From a virus (lineage: Duplodnaviria > Caudoviricetes), in IMG/VR virus record IMGVR_UViG_3300021170_000278, positions 1-24,809 of that record: 24,809 nt of DNA. One strand, given 5' to 3'. The number at the start of each line of letters is the position of its first letter. Position 1 is the stretch's first letter. This document shows, piece after piece, positions 1 through 7,436 of this stretch. The notes under the pieces were generated by a model. That model searched no databases, was not told the DNA's origin, and saw only the letters and a program-made list of their open reading frames with translations. The position numbers were made by a program, and so were the translations under genes.

Positions 1-137
1 TGCGCTCCGCGGAGGTTCGCACCGCGGAGGTTCGCACCGCCGAGGTTCGCATCGCCGAGGTTCGCACCGCGGAGGTTCGCACCGCGGAGGTTCGCACCGC
101 CGAGGTTCGCATCGCCGAGGTTCGCATCGCCGAGGTC
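1..137. repeat. 15-bp tandem repeat (about 9 units visible) encoding the pentapeptides
   Basis: Units gaggttcgcaccgcg / gaggttcgcaccgcc / gaggttcgcatcgcc repeated head to tail. Confidence 0.95.
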
Positions 138-233
138 GCCTCTTTGAGCTACGATTCTGACAACGGCATCGCGTAAGGACTCCTCACCAATGTCGTGAAT
201 GACTGCGCCGGTCCAACGGTTGAGTATCTGCAT
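1..233 (-). CDS. Pentapeptide-repeat protein (runs off window start)
   Basis: Manual translation from ATG 233: [66 protein letters not shown]..., with A-N-L-x-x pentapeptides. Absent from the ORF track because it is truncated. Confidence 0.9.
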   Translation of the reverse strand, partial: MQILNRWTGAVIHDIGEESLRDAVVRIVAQRGDLGDANLGDANLGGANLRGANLRGANLGDANLGGANLRGANLRGA

Positions 234-241
234 GCACTCAC

Positions 242-274
242 AGTCTACACGAGCACACCGAGTTGCGCAAGTCC
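242..274 (-). promoter_or_regulatory. Sigma70-type promoter with operator box 1 (260-274), leaderless
   Basis: Minus strand TTGCGC-17nt-TAGACT-8nt-ATG(233). Box GAGTTGCGCAAGTCC at 260-274 contains the -35. Confidence 0.8.
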
Positions 275-1723
275 CTAATACGGAGAAATCTCGTAATCCA
301 GGTCCTGGTACTGCACCGACGCCTGCCGTACCACAATCGGCGAGTACGCCATGATCAGCGCCTCTGTCTCGTCCGGCGATGGACATCCCGGCTTGCGCTC
401 GCGCATGTCGTCTTTGCTTTCAATCCTCGTGCGTCCGTGGTCTTCGAAGTACCAGAGGTCCGCCATCTGCGCCTGGCAGTCCCGATCGAGGATTCCTCGC
501 ACAGCTCGGCGTTCCAACCGCTCGCGAAATCCCCAGTACCCTTCCGCTTTCGCATCAACAAAATGCTCCGAGTCCATCGCCCGAGCGCCAGCGACGAACC
601 CGTAGCACTCAAAGCCCTGCTCTGCTATCCGCGGTGCCAAGTGGTAGCCGATCCCCACAATGTCAACCAACCCGGGGCCCAGCCGAAAGCGCGGGAATTG
701 ACGTCGCAGCATGCCCAACGAACCGAGAATCATTGGAAGCGGGTCGGCCTCAGCCCATGCTCTCTGCATCAGCACGTAATCTCGGACGCGCGCGCACAGT
801 GCGGTATGATCATCACCCGGCCCCGCGACATCAAGGCCCCACTGAATTACTTCACCGGCCGGAATCTTGTCGAGCTCTTCAGCATCGTACGGCTGCTCTG
901 CTCGTTCAATCCACGCGAGCGGGAACACGGCGTTCGTCGCTTGCTCCGGAAACTCCCCGAACACGCGCGCTCGCACCTTCGGGTGATTCAGTCCCCACTT
1001 GCGTGTGAAGTCTCGCGTCCAGCGCCTGCTGGTCAGATATCGCAGTTCCGACTTGTCGAGATCTTCATCGGGCAATTGGCAGAGCGTTTCGTAAGTCAGC
1101 CCCGCCAGGTTCGGGGAATCGAAAGCGCTGATCGTGATGCACTCAACCGCTCGGCGGTCGCGGTGGAAGCTGTCGAAGAAATGTCCGCTTGGAACGGTCG
1201 GGTTGCCCAACTCAAGGAGCACGACGGATCCGCCGGCCGCAATACCTTCCATCGCGTCCCAGATGTCCTCTTCGATTCCGGGCGCTTCGTCCGCGATGAT
1301 GAGCACGTTGTCGCCGTGGAAGCCCTGTACGTTGACGCCGCGGCTGGAGCTGATGCCCAGTGCGTAGCATTCGTGATTCACTCGCAGTCCGGTTACCGAT
1401 GGCTCCGGAAAGCGGATGTTGCTCTCTCGGGCGGCGAGTGCGACCTCATCCCAGAAGATTTTGACTTGGCGCAAGGTTGGCGAGATTTGAATTACCTTGC
1501 CGCTCTCGAAGGTCGTGAGCCACCATGGGATAAGTCCCGCTGCGAGATACGTTTTACCGCTGGCGTGGCAACCCTTCACCGCTACGTGGCGTTTGCTTGC
1601 GACGGCTTGCGCAATTCGTTCCTGGGTCTGCCAGAGCTTGCGCTTGAGCACCCGGCGCTGGAATAACACCGGATCAGTAAACGTCTCGCGCTCACTTGTC
1701 GGCTGTGCGACGGAGGAACTCAT
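275..1723 (-). CDS. terL: Terminase large subunit
   Basis: Walker [10 protein letters not shown], Walker B LIIADEA, coupling motif LGNPT, RNase H-like nuclease WGLDVAG..DD and C-terminal SPDxxxAL; 482 aa; directly downstream of a terS-like gene. Confidence 0.95.
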   Translation of the reverse strand: MSSSVAQPTSERETFTDPVLFQRRVLKRKLWQTQERIAQAVASKRHVAVKGCHASGKTYLAAGLIPWWLTTFESGKVIQISPTLRQVKIFWDEVALAARESNIRFPEPSVTGLRVNHECYALGISSSRGVNVQGFHGDNVLIIADEAPGIEEDIWDAMEGIAAGGSVVLLELGNPTVPSGHFFDSFHRDRRAVECITISAFDSPNLAGLTYETLCQLPDEDLDKSELRYLTSRRWTRDFTRKWGLNHPKVRARVFGEFPEQATNAVFPLAWIERAEQPYDAEELDKIPAGEVIQWGLDVAGPGDDHTALCARVRDYVLMQRAWAEADPLPMILGSLGMLRRQFPRFRLGPGLVDIVGIGYHLAPRIAEQGFECYGFVAGARAMDSEHFVDAKAEGYWGFRERLERRAVRGILDRDCQAQMADLWYFEDHGRTRIESKDDMRERKPGCPSPDETEALIMAYSPIVVRQASVQYQDLDYEISPY

Positions 1724-2144
1724 GCACTGCGCTCAAGTCTATCAGCGGGCTACCGTCTTTGCCGGTGTGCTCGATCGATTGCCGCTCCCGGTAGACTGTA
1801 GGCTTTTGCCCCTTGAGTATGAACATCAACAGCGGATCAGAAAACTTGCGCACCATGATCATCTCGCCGCCTATGTTCATCGGCTCTTCAACGCCTTCAA
1901 CCGCACGCCTCACGGCTTCATCCTCAAGTTGCTGTACAGCCAACTCTTTCGCGCGCTCGAACTCCTCGCGGTAATCGCCATCTTCACGCAGCCAATCGTA
2001 GTGCGTACGACGATCGACGCCGGCCGCGTCAGCCGCCTTATTGACGCGGGCGAGCTGCGCGTAAGCAGCAAGGAACGCACCCTGCCTCATCCGTTTAGCT
2101 GAGGTCTCGCGTGCGATGGGCTGTGAGTTTGTGTCGGGTTCCAT
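1692..2144 (-). CDS. terS: Terminase small subunit
   Basis: HTH-like N-terminus (FLAAY...AADAAGVDRRTHYDW), LEDEAVRRAVEG, FSDPLLMFILKG, EHTGKDGSP tail; overlaps terL start. ATG 2144 preferred over the longer 2165 call. Confidence 0.85.
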   Translation of the reverse strand: MEPDTNSQPIARETSAKRMRQGAFLAAYAQLARVNKAADAAGVDRRTHYDWLREDGDYREEFERAKELAVQQLEDEAVRRAVEGVEEPMNIGGEMIMVRKFSDPLLMFILKGQKPTVYRERQSIEHTGKDGSPLIDLSAVHEFLRRTADK

Positions 2145-2488
2145 GTGGCAAATGAGCAACCGCATTTTTCTTCGGTCTCCCGGATAATGCGGTCACGTGT
2201 TTCTGCTGGCATCGCCTGACCAAAAGCTTCAAGCAAGCACAACACCAAGTCTTTCTCCTCAAGTCTAAACCATTCCCCGTGATCGCGATATCGATGCAGC
2301 ATCGCGTGGTACTTCATCTCGTCGTACTGCTTGCCAGGCTTGCGCGCAATTATTTGCAACGGCAACGGAGACATCGTACGAAGGCTCCGAAAGCGTTTTG
2401 TTAGATTTCTGCTGAATCCGATCTTGTAGCAAGCCGTCCCCATCGCCCAGATCACGTATATGTCACCAGCAGTATCGAGGGGAGCCAT
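2087..2488 (-). CDS. GIY-YIG nuclease family protein (T5orf172/MUG113-like)
   Basis: IYVI...YKIGFS...KRFRSL..MSP..L and E..YH..L..YR.HGEWF motifs. Confidence 0.85.
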   Translation of the reverse strand: MAPLDTAGDIYVIWAMGTACYKIGFSRNLTKRFRSLRTMSPLPLQIIARKPGKQYDEMKYHAMLHRYRDHGEWFRLEEKDLVLCLLEAFGQAMPAETRDRIIRETEEKCGCSFATWNPTQTHSPSHARPQLNG

Positions 2489-2501
2489 CTGAGTTTCTAG
2501 T

Positions 2502-3647
2502 CTAGCGGAAGAGCGGCATAGATAAACAGTTTGGGCTCAACCAAATGCGCTCACGGTCTGCGTTTCTGCTGTCGCCGCCTTGCGCCCGGTACCCGCCTCG
2601 GTTTGACCATTTCACCGTTTCCCAGCTTGTCGGCATGTCGTGCTCGCCTTCGTAGCCGCACAGTGCGATGCGTAGGAGCGGGTTGTCTCCGTTCTCGATT
2701 GCCCAGGCGCGGACGTCGGCGCTGAGGTCGTTGTCGTGATGCTCGTACAGGCTTTGGTCTTTCAGTGATCGATTCGTCTTCGGTGCCACGACGCGCATGT
2801 CGTAGGGCGGATCCAGGAATATGCCAGTGAAGCCGTGCTTGATCGTGACGCTCGGGCCGAGCACGCGCTTCCAGTCTCCACAGCATACCCGTACTCTCCG
2901 CAGGCGGTTCGCGAGCGCTTCGAAGTAGGGAATCAGGCTTTGGGCACGTCTGGAGTGGACGCCGGCGCCGGCGAGTTGCCCGTCTTCGCCGTTGCGGTCA
3001 CCCAGGCGTGGTCTCTTCGCCGCTCGATCGCTATGCACTCCTACACCGTGGCCGTTGCCGCTCAGCAGCGGACGCTTGGCTGCGCGGCTAAGTTTCTCAA
3101 GGCTACGCTCTTGCCGCAGCGCCGTGCCGCGTCCCGCCCAATCCGGCCGCGAACACCACCCGCTCCCGATCCACATCGAAATCCCCCACACCCACCAGCC
3201 CGCAATCTTCGCATCGAAGTAATCGGGATCCGTCTTCATGCGCTCGCGAAACTCGTCCTGATTCGCCAGCCACAGATGCCGAGCATGAAGGTCCGCCTCG
3301 TTCACCGGCCAATCGGCGTATTGCGCAACTTCCTCTGGAGCGAACGCCGTCGCACGCCAGAAGTTTGCAAGCTAGCAATCGAGATCGTTCACCGTTTCCG
3401 TTTGCGGCGGATGCGGGCGCGCCAGCAGCACAGCAAGCGAACCGGCGAACGGTTCGACGTAGTTATCACAGTTGCCGAATGCTTCCCAGACGATGTGCGC
3501 AACTCGTGACTTGCCACCGAACCAAGGGAAAGGCGCTTTGAGTCCGCCGCGGCCGCAATGCACGCCCTGGGCGTTATCTGCCAGGTGCGGAATCTGTCGC
3601 GTAACGCCTTTACCGGCATCGCCCAAATGCGGTATCTTTCGCGTCAT
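2502..3647 (-). pseudogene. Dam-like (D12 class) N6-adenine DNA methyltransferase interrupted by an in-frame TAG at 3372-3374
   Basis: PFPWFGGK, YVEPFAGS and ETVND motifs lie upstream of the TAG; LANFWRA...WPVNEADLHARH and catalytic FLDPPY lie downstream in the same frame. ATG 3647 overlaps the upstream TGA (ATGA). Confidence 0.85.
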
Positions 3648-3895
3648 GCCGAGCGCCATCCGTAGTTGTCCCGTGCCGTATGGTCCCGGCATAGACCGCC
3701 GGTCTCCCGCAGATTCCGGTTGCCCTCTTCCCACTCCTTTGTTACGTTTCGCCCGTCCACCATCACAGGCTCACCGCGGCGTAGTTTGCCGAGCCACCAG
3801 TTGCACTGCGCTGTCACGCGCTCCAGCATGAAGCGGTGGTAGGACATGCCGCGTGCCTCGGGATGCGTTGCGGCTTGCAGTTGGTTAAGTGCCAC
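3644..3895 (-). CDS. Hypothetical protein
   Basis: GTG start with GGAG upstream (alternative ATG 3847); overlaps both neighbours in operon. Confidence 0.6.
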   Translation of the reverse strand: MALNQLQAATHPEARGMSYHRFMLERVTAQCNWWLGKLRRGEPVMVDGRNVTKEWEEGNRNLRETGGLCRDHTARDNYGWRSA

Positions 3896-4052
3896 GTGCG
3901 ATCTCCCCCGCCATCTCGTTCACCAGTTTCGCCCGTAGCGCTTCCTCGCGCTCTAGCTCCCGCCGTAGTTTCTCTGTCACGCGATCGAGAATCGCGATGG
4001 AGCGCAGCCGGCCGGCCTGGGCCTTCACGGTTTCGAGCACGTTCTGAGGCAT
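3885..4052 (-). CDS. Small helical hypothetical protein (55 aa, not in ORF track)
   Basis: AAAGGA SD then ATG 4052: MPQNVLETVKAQAGRLRSIAILDRVTEKLRRELEREEALRAKLVNEMAGEIARGT*. Confidence 0.7.
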   Translation of the reverse strand: MPQNVLETVKAQAGRLRSIAILDRVTEKLRRELEREEALRAKLVNEMAGEIARGT

Positions 4053-4063
4053 ACAATCCTTTC

Positions 4064-4129
4064 GCTGGTGCAGTATCCGTCTCCGGAGCGCGGTTCCAGT
4101 TCGCTTGAGTTTATTTGCCGGGCACCAGC
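4064..4129 (-). ncRNA. Candidate structured 5' leader or small RNA
   Basis: Begins at the predicted TSS. GCTGGTGC pairs with GCACCAGC (8 bp) enclosing 50 nt that include TCCG-GAGA-CGGA (GNRA loop); ends just before the SD of ORF 4052. Confidence 0.35.
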
Positions 4130-4136
4130 ACCTCAG

Positions 4137-4169
4137 AGTCTACACCGTATTTGAGAGTTGCGCAAGTCC
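4137..4169 (-). promoter_or_regulatory. Promoter with operator box 2 (4155-4169)
   Basis: Minus strand TTGCGC-17nt-TAGACT; exact GAGTTGCGCAAGTCC copy. Confidence 0.8.
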
Positions 4170-4172
4170 CTA

Positions 4173-4201
4173 TTGCATTCCTCTGGCAGTCGTGGTAAGG
4201 T
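4173..4201 (+). promoter_or_regulatory. Divergent promoter of the replication operon
   Basis: TTGCAT-17nt-TAAGGT with extended -10 TG, back to back with box 2. Confidence 0.65.
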
Positions 4202-4294
4202 GGTCTTAGATTCGGTCCGGAACCAAATTTCCTCTGAGGGGCCGCCCGTCGCCGCGAACTTCGGGTAGCCCTCCAGACCTTTCGCGGAGGTCTC

Positions 4295-4927
4295 TTGACA
4301 CAACTTGCTCTTTTCCCTGAACTCTGCCGCCCCGAGCTTTGCGCCGGTGCGAAACGCCTACTCGGCATCATCCAATCCTTGCACTCCATCCGCGGCGAGG
4401 TTTTCCCGTTTCAGCGGACGCTCGCCCGACGCCTCGGTGTTTGTGTCCGCACCGTCAAGCGGTGGGTCCGCCAACTGGTCGACGCTGGGTTGCTCGCGGT
4501 TCACCGTCGCGGCCGCACTAGCGCTCTTTATTCTCTACACTTTGTCCCCTCGAATGTCCCCTCAAAGCCGCCCGCATCTTCTTATACTGAGAGACTACCT
4601 CAAAGAATCGTATTCGATACGAACGCGCCTGCGATTAGACGCCTACCGCCGCCCTCAGCACCCACTCCCGCCGGCGAGCGCACCTGGCGCCAGAAGATTT
4701 CACACGCGCTGAAGATGGTCGACCGCGAGCAGTGGATTGCTAAGCCGCTCGAAGCCGATCCTGTTGAAAAATGCATCGACGCCAAATTGAGCGGCATGCA
4801 AGTCTCTGAAGAATCAGCGTGGTACGCTCTAAAAAAAGCGGTTATGCTGGTCAACGAAGATTCCCACAGGCACCTACGGCCGAAGAGTTGGGGTTGGGTT
4901 CTGGGCGTTATCGGGAGGGCCAAATGA
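4295..4927 (+). CDS. HTH-domain phage replication initiator-like protein
   Basis: FPFQRTLARRLGVCVRTVKRWVRQLVDAGLL is an HTH_36-type helix-turn-helix. TTG start with GGAGG SD; Pro-rich linker and helical C-terminal domain. Confidence 0.7.
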   Translation: MTQLALFPELCRPELCAGAKRLLGIIQSLHSIRGEVFPFQRTLARRLGVCVRTVKRWVRQLVDAGLLAVHRRGRTSALYSLHFVPSNVPSKPPASSYTERLPQRIVFDTNAPAIRRLPPPSAPTPAGERTWRQKISHALKMVDREQWIAKPLEADPVEKCIDAKLSGMQVSEESAWYALKKAVMLVNEDSHRHLRPKSWGWVLGVIGRAK

Positions 4928-5121
4928 AAGAACCGCGGTATCAAGACATCCGTGAAGCCCGCGCTTTTGAGCGCAAATTGAATCCGACCACGTTCAACGG
5001 TGGCGATGAACTGCACCCGCCTGCGGTGGGCCGGCCGACGCGACCGACAGAGGCCGACCGCAAGGCGCTCGAAGCAGAGGAGTGGTACCAGGATTGGCTC
5101 AAGATCAAAGCGGCGCGATGA
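4924..5121 (+). CDS. Hypothetical protein (65 aa)
   Basis: ATGA overlap with the upstream gene; MKEPRYQDIREARAF... Confidence 0.65.
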   Translation: MKEPRYQDIREARAFERKLNPTTFNGGDELHPPAVGRPTRPTEADRKALEAEEWYQDWLKIKAAR

Positions 5122-5366
5122 TCGATCATGCGCGGCATATCGAGTTTCGCCTCCGCGGGTCAGGCCATGGTTCCCACTGGGTGCTGTACTGGTCGTGTTC
5201 CTGTGGCGGTCGAAGCCATCACGCGACGCTGGTTGATAGCGAACGGTGGTCTGTGTACCGAGACGCCGTGTCGCACGCTGTGACGCTAATCCGGGCTACC
5301 AGACAGTCTTCACCGGGTGAACCACCGGATACGTTGCAACGTGAAACACGCGCTTCACGGTTTTAA
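5118..5366 (+). CDS. Hypothetical protein, possible metal binding (82 aa)
   Basis: ATGA overlap; H...WSCSCG...H pattern. The 3' end overlaps the convergent gene 5296-5454. Confidence 0.55.
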   Translation: MIDHARHIEFRLRGSGHGSHWVLYWSCSCGGRSHHATLVDSERWSVYRDAVSHAVTLIRATRQSSPGEPPDTLQRETRASRF

Positions 5367-5454
5367 TCGGGTGTACGAACGGATAGACGGCGCCGCGGAT
5401 CAAGCCGGCCTCGGCGCCCGCGGATAGCAAAACGAGCAGAACGAGGAGTTTCAT
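5296..5454 (-). CDS. Secreted cationic peptide (52 aa, not in ORF track)
   Basis: MKLLVLLVLLSAGAEA|GLIRGAVYPFVHPIKTVKRVFHVATYPVVHPVKTVW*: signal peptide with AxA site, duplicated YPxVHPxKTV motif, ATGA overlap with the holin-like gene. Confidence 0.75.
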   Translation of the reverse strand: MKLLVLLVLLSAGAEAGLIRGAVYPFVHPIKTVKRVFHVATYPVVHPVKTVW

Positions 5455-5942
5455 GGCTGAATGGTACCACTCGGTGGCACTGGTAGATTGTTCTGGTCTA
5501 GCGCCTTTGCGCTCGCCACGGCCGCCGCGGCTGTAGCTGCAGCCCGTGCAACTACCTCTGCCGCTTCTGCTACGGTCTTAGCCGCCGCAGTCGCTTGCGT
5601 CTCCCGGCCTTCCTTCAGGCCGCGCTCGTGCGCCAGCTCGCGAACCACAGCCAGCATTCCATCCATGCGACTGTTTACCGTTTTGTGTGTTTCCTGCGAC
5701 TTCATGAACGCCAACACGCCGGTGGTGATCGAGACAATGAAGGCGCTGACCACTCCAGCCGCGATGGTTATGTCCAACGCCGGCCGCAACTCGGCGAGCA
5801 ACAGAAGCGCCACGAGGCCGGACATGACCACAATCACAGCCGCCGCCACGTATGGAATAGCACTGGAAGGCGTGCTAGCCAAGGTAACGGAGTCAGGATC
5901 GGTGGAAACCTCAGTCGGGGAGGCAGCGCGAAAACGCCACAT
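5451..5942 (-). CDS. Two-TM membrane protein, holin-like
   Basis: Two hydrophobic helices followed by SQETHKTVNSRMD and an Ala-rich helical tail. Holin function is inferred. Confidence 0.6.
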   Translation of the reverse strand: MWRFRAASPTEVSTDPDSVTLASTPSSAIPYVAAAVIVVMSGLVALLLLAELRPALDITIAAGVVSAFIVSITTGVLAFMKSQETHKTVNSRMDGMLAVVRELAHERGLKEGRETQATAAAKTVAEAAEVVARAAATAAAAVASAKALDQNNLPVPPSGTIQP

Positions 5943-5948
5943 GCGGCA

Positions 5949-5957
5949 AGTGTAGCA
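5949..5957 (-). promoter_or_regulatory. Extended -10, leaderless start
   Basis: TGCTACACT-6nt-ATG(5942). Confidence 0.6.
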
Positions 5958-6176
5958 TTACCGAGTAGGGCACTTACAGTGCGGGTGCTCGTGTCTGCAT
6001 TGGATACACCATTCATCGCAGAGCACGCCGAAGAACGCCGCGCGCTGGTCCGCTGTAAGCTTGCGCATCCAAAGGGCTAAGCGGCTCACGGCCTCGTCGT
6101 ACTCGCGACCGTGGAACATCGTTCGGATCACGGCGCGAAGATTGTTTTGCTCGTTAACTTGTTGAGTGCGCGCCAT
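5958..6176 (-). CDS. Hypothetical protein with C-terminal Cys/His cluster (72 aa)
   Basis: MARTQQVNEQ...CDEWCIQCRHEHPHCKC; internal ATG of the track ORF 5958..6377. Confidence 0.65.
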   Translation of the reverse strand: MARTQQVNEQNNLRAVIRTMFHGREYDEAVSRLALWMRKLTADQRAAFFGVLCDEWCIQCRHEHPHCKCPTR

Positions 6177-6420
6177 CTGTACCCCGTGAAACGTAGCGCC
6201 CATGCGAGGCGAGAAAATCATACCGGAAGGTCTCGAACCAAGGCAGCCACTCCCGGCACCGCTTGTGCTCGCACTTCCGCGCGTGGCGCACGCACGCCCA
6301 GAGGTTGCCCAAGCTGGGGTCCTCCTGACCGCACGGCATCCGCGTAATCGGCACAGGATCGGCCTTGAAGCTGCCACGCGCCCGGATCGGCTGTTGCCCT
6401 ACAATTCGTGATTCGTACAT
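6154..6420 (-). CDS. Hypothetical protein (88 aa)
   Basis: TGATG coupling to the VRR-NUC stop; C...HARKC...C pattern. Confidence 0.55.
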   Translation of the reverse strand: MYESRIVGQQPIRARGSFKADPVPITRMPCGQEDPSLGNLWACVRHARKCEHKRCREWLPWFETFRYDFLASHGRYVSRGTDGAHSTS

Positions 6421-6854
6421 CAGGCGCGTCTCCTCAATCCGCTGGCCGCGTACCACTTCAGAAACCCCTCGTAATCGGCAGTGAAGTCCTCACCGGCAAT
6501 GAGCGTCAAGGCGCCACACTTCCGCTCGCGGATGTGCCACAATTGTTGGTTTGCGCGCGCTTTGCCGCCTGGTCTCTTCAGCTCGATCCACATCACCTGG
6601 TCATTGTCCGGATCATCGTAAAACTCCGCACCGATTAAGTCAGGACCTGGAGCAACAGTCCCATCAACGGAAGCATACCGAATACACAGGAGGTCAGGCA
6701 TACCCGGCTCGCCGAACGTTCGCTTGCGTTCCTCGCTCCAAATCTCCTCGAAGTGGAAGCACCGCCAGCCTTCTACCTTCTCCAGGTAATCCCGCACCTG
6801 CTGCTCGAAGTGAGCTTCAGTCAGCTTCGGGCGCTGTTGCTTGCTCCTGTTCAA
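6420..6854 (-). CDS. VRR-NUC (PD-(D/E)xK) nuclease
   Basis: TE..FEQQV..YL, GMPDLLC, WIELKRPGGK...Q..W; AGGAGG SD before TTG. Confidence 0.85.
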   Translation of the reverse strand: MNRSKQQRPKLTEAHFEQQVRDYLEKVEGWRCFHFEEIWSEERKRTFGEPGMPDLLCIRYASVDGTVAPGPDLIGAEFYDDPDNDQVMWIELKRPGGKARANQQLWHIRERKCGALTLIAGEDFTADYEGFLKWYAASGLRRRA

Positions 6855-7290
6855 GTGGTAACGCCTCCTGGCGCGTGTAGCTCACCGTCAACGAGCCCTT
6901 GCCTTCGCCGATCGTCAGCAGGTACTGCTCGAGCTTCCGCGCCCCGGCCTTGTCCGTAAAATGTACCTTGAAGCGCAGCTCTGTACGATAACCCTTGCCC
7001 TTCTTGCCCTCGAGCTCGAGACGCACGGCTTCAAACTTCGTGACGCGGTTGATCTCCAAGTCGATGCCGTGCTTCTTGAGCGCGCCCTCGGACGGGATCA
7101 ACTCGCACGACGTCGCGTGTAGGTCTCCTTCGAGGTTGGCGCCGGTGAGCGCTTGCGGGATGTCGTCGGGCCAATCGAGCGCATCAGCAACCTTCTGATT
7201 CCAGGAGCTGGCGAATTGCGCTACCCCACCATCGTGGCCGCGCTTAAACGATTCGAGACGAGCGGAAGTCATTGTGATCTTGTCCGGCAT
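6817..7290 (-). CDS. Hypothetical protein (157 aa)
   Basis: Clean ORF; first gene after the box-3 promoter. Confidence 0.8.
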   Translation of the reverse strand: MPDKITMTSARLESFKRGHDGGVAQFASSWNQKVADALDWPDDIPQALTGANLEGDLHATSCELIPSEGALKKHGIDLEINRVTKFEAVRLELEGKKGKGYRTELRFKVHFTDKAGARKLEQYLLTIGEGKGSLTVSYTRQEALPLEQEQATAPEAD

Positions 7291-7297
7291 GTGGTTT

Positions 7298-7330
7298 ACT
7301 ATACACTATGTCGGAGAGTTGCGCAAGTCC
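7298..7330 (-). promoter_or_regulatory. Promoter with operator box 3 (7316-7330), leaderless
   Basis: TTGCGC-17nt-TATAGT-7nt-ATG(7290); exact box copy. Confidence 0.85.
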
Positions 7331-7339
7331 CAACAGTAC

Positions 7340-7363
7340 GCCTCCGGATTACGCGCCGGAGGC
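7340..7363 (-). terminator. GC-rich hairpin, possible terminator of the upstream operon
   Basis: GCCTCCGG-8nt-CCGGAGGC perfect 8-bp stem downstream of the Gp157-like gene; only a weak U tract (GTACTGTT). Confidence 0.4.
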
Positions 7364-7436
7364 CCCGCGTTCAACTGAGTTTGGCGTCTATTCTTTCTGC
7401 CCTGTAACGTCGGGCTGCCCGTATTTTCGACCCACC

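Noticed and set aside
1-137. Short repeats resembling a CRISPR array
   Set aside because: No unique spacers; 15-bp tandem units encode pentapeptide repeats.
263-1666. 467-aa plus-strand ORF
   Set aside because: Antisense shadow of terL with no motifs; expected in high-GC coding DNA.
1607-3328. Extra TTGCGCAA cores at 1607 and 3321
   Set aside because: Inside genes, flanks do not match the box, and no adjacent promoter geometry was noticed.
4064-4129. tRNA or c-di-GMP riboswitch
   Set aside because: No D/T-arm consensus or cloverleaf; GGCAAA is present but the rest of the riboswitch pattern is not.
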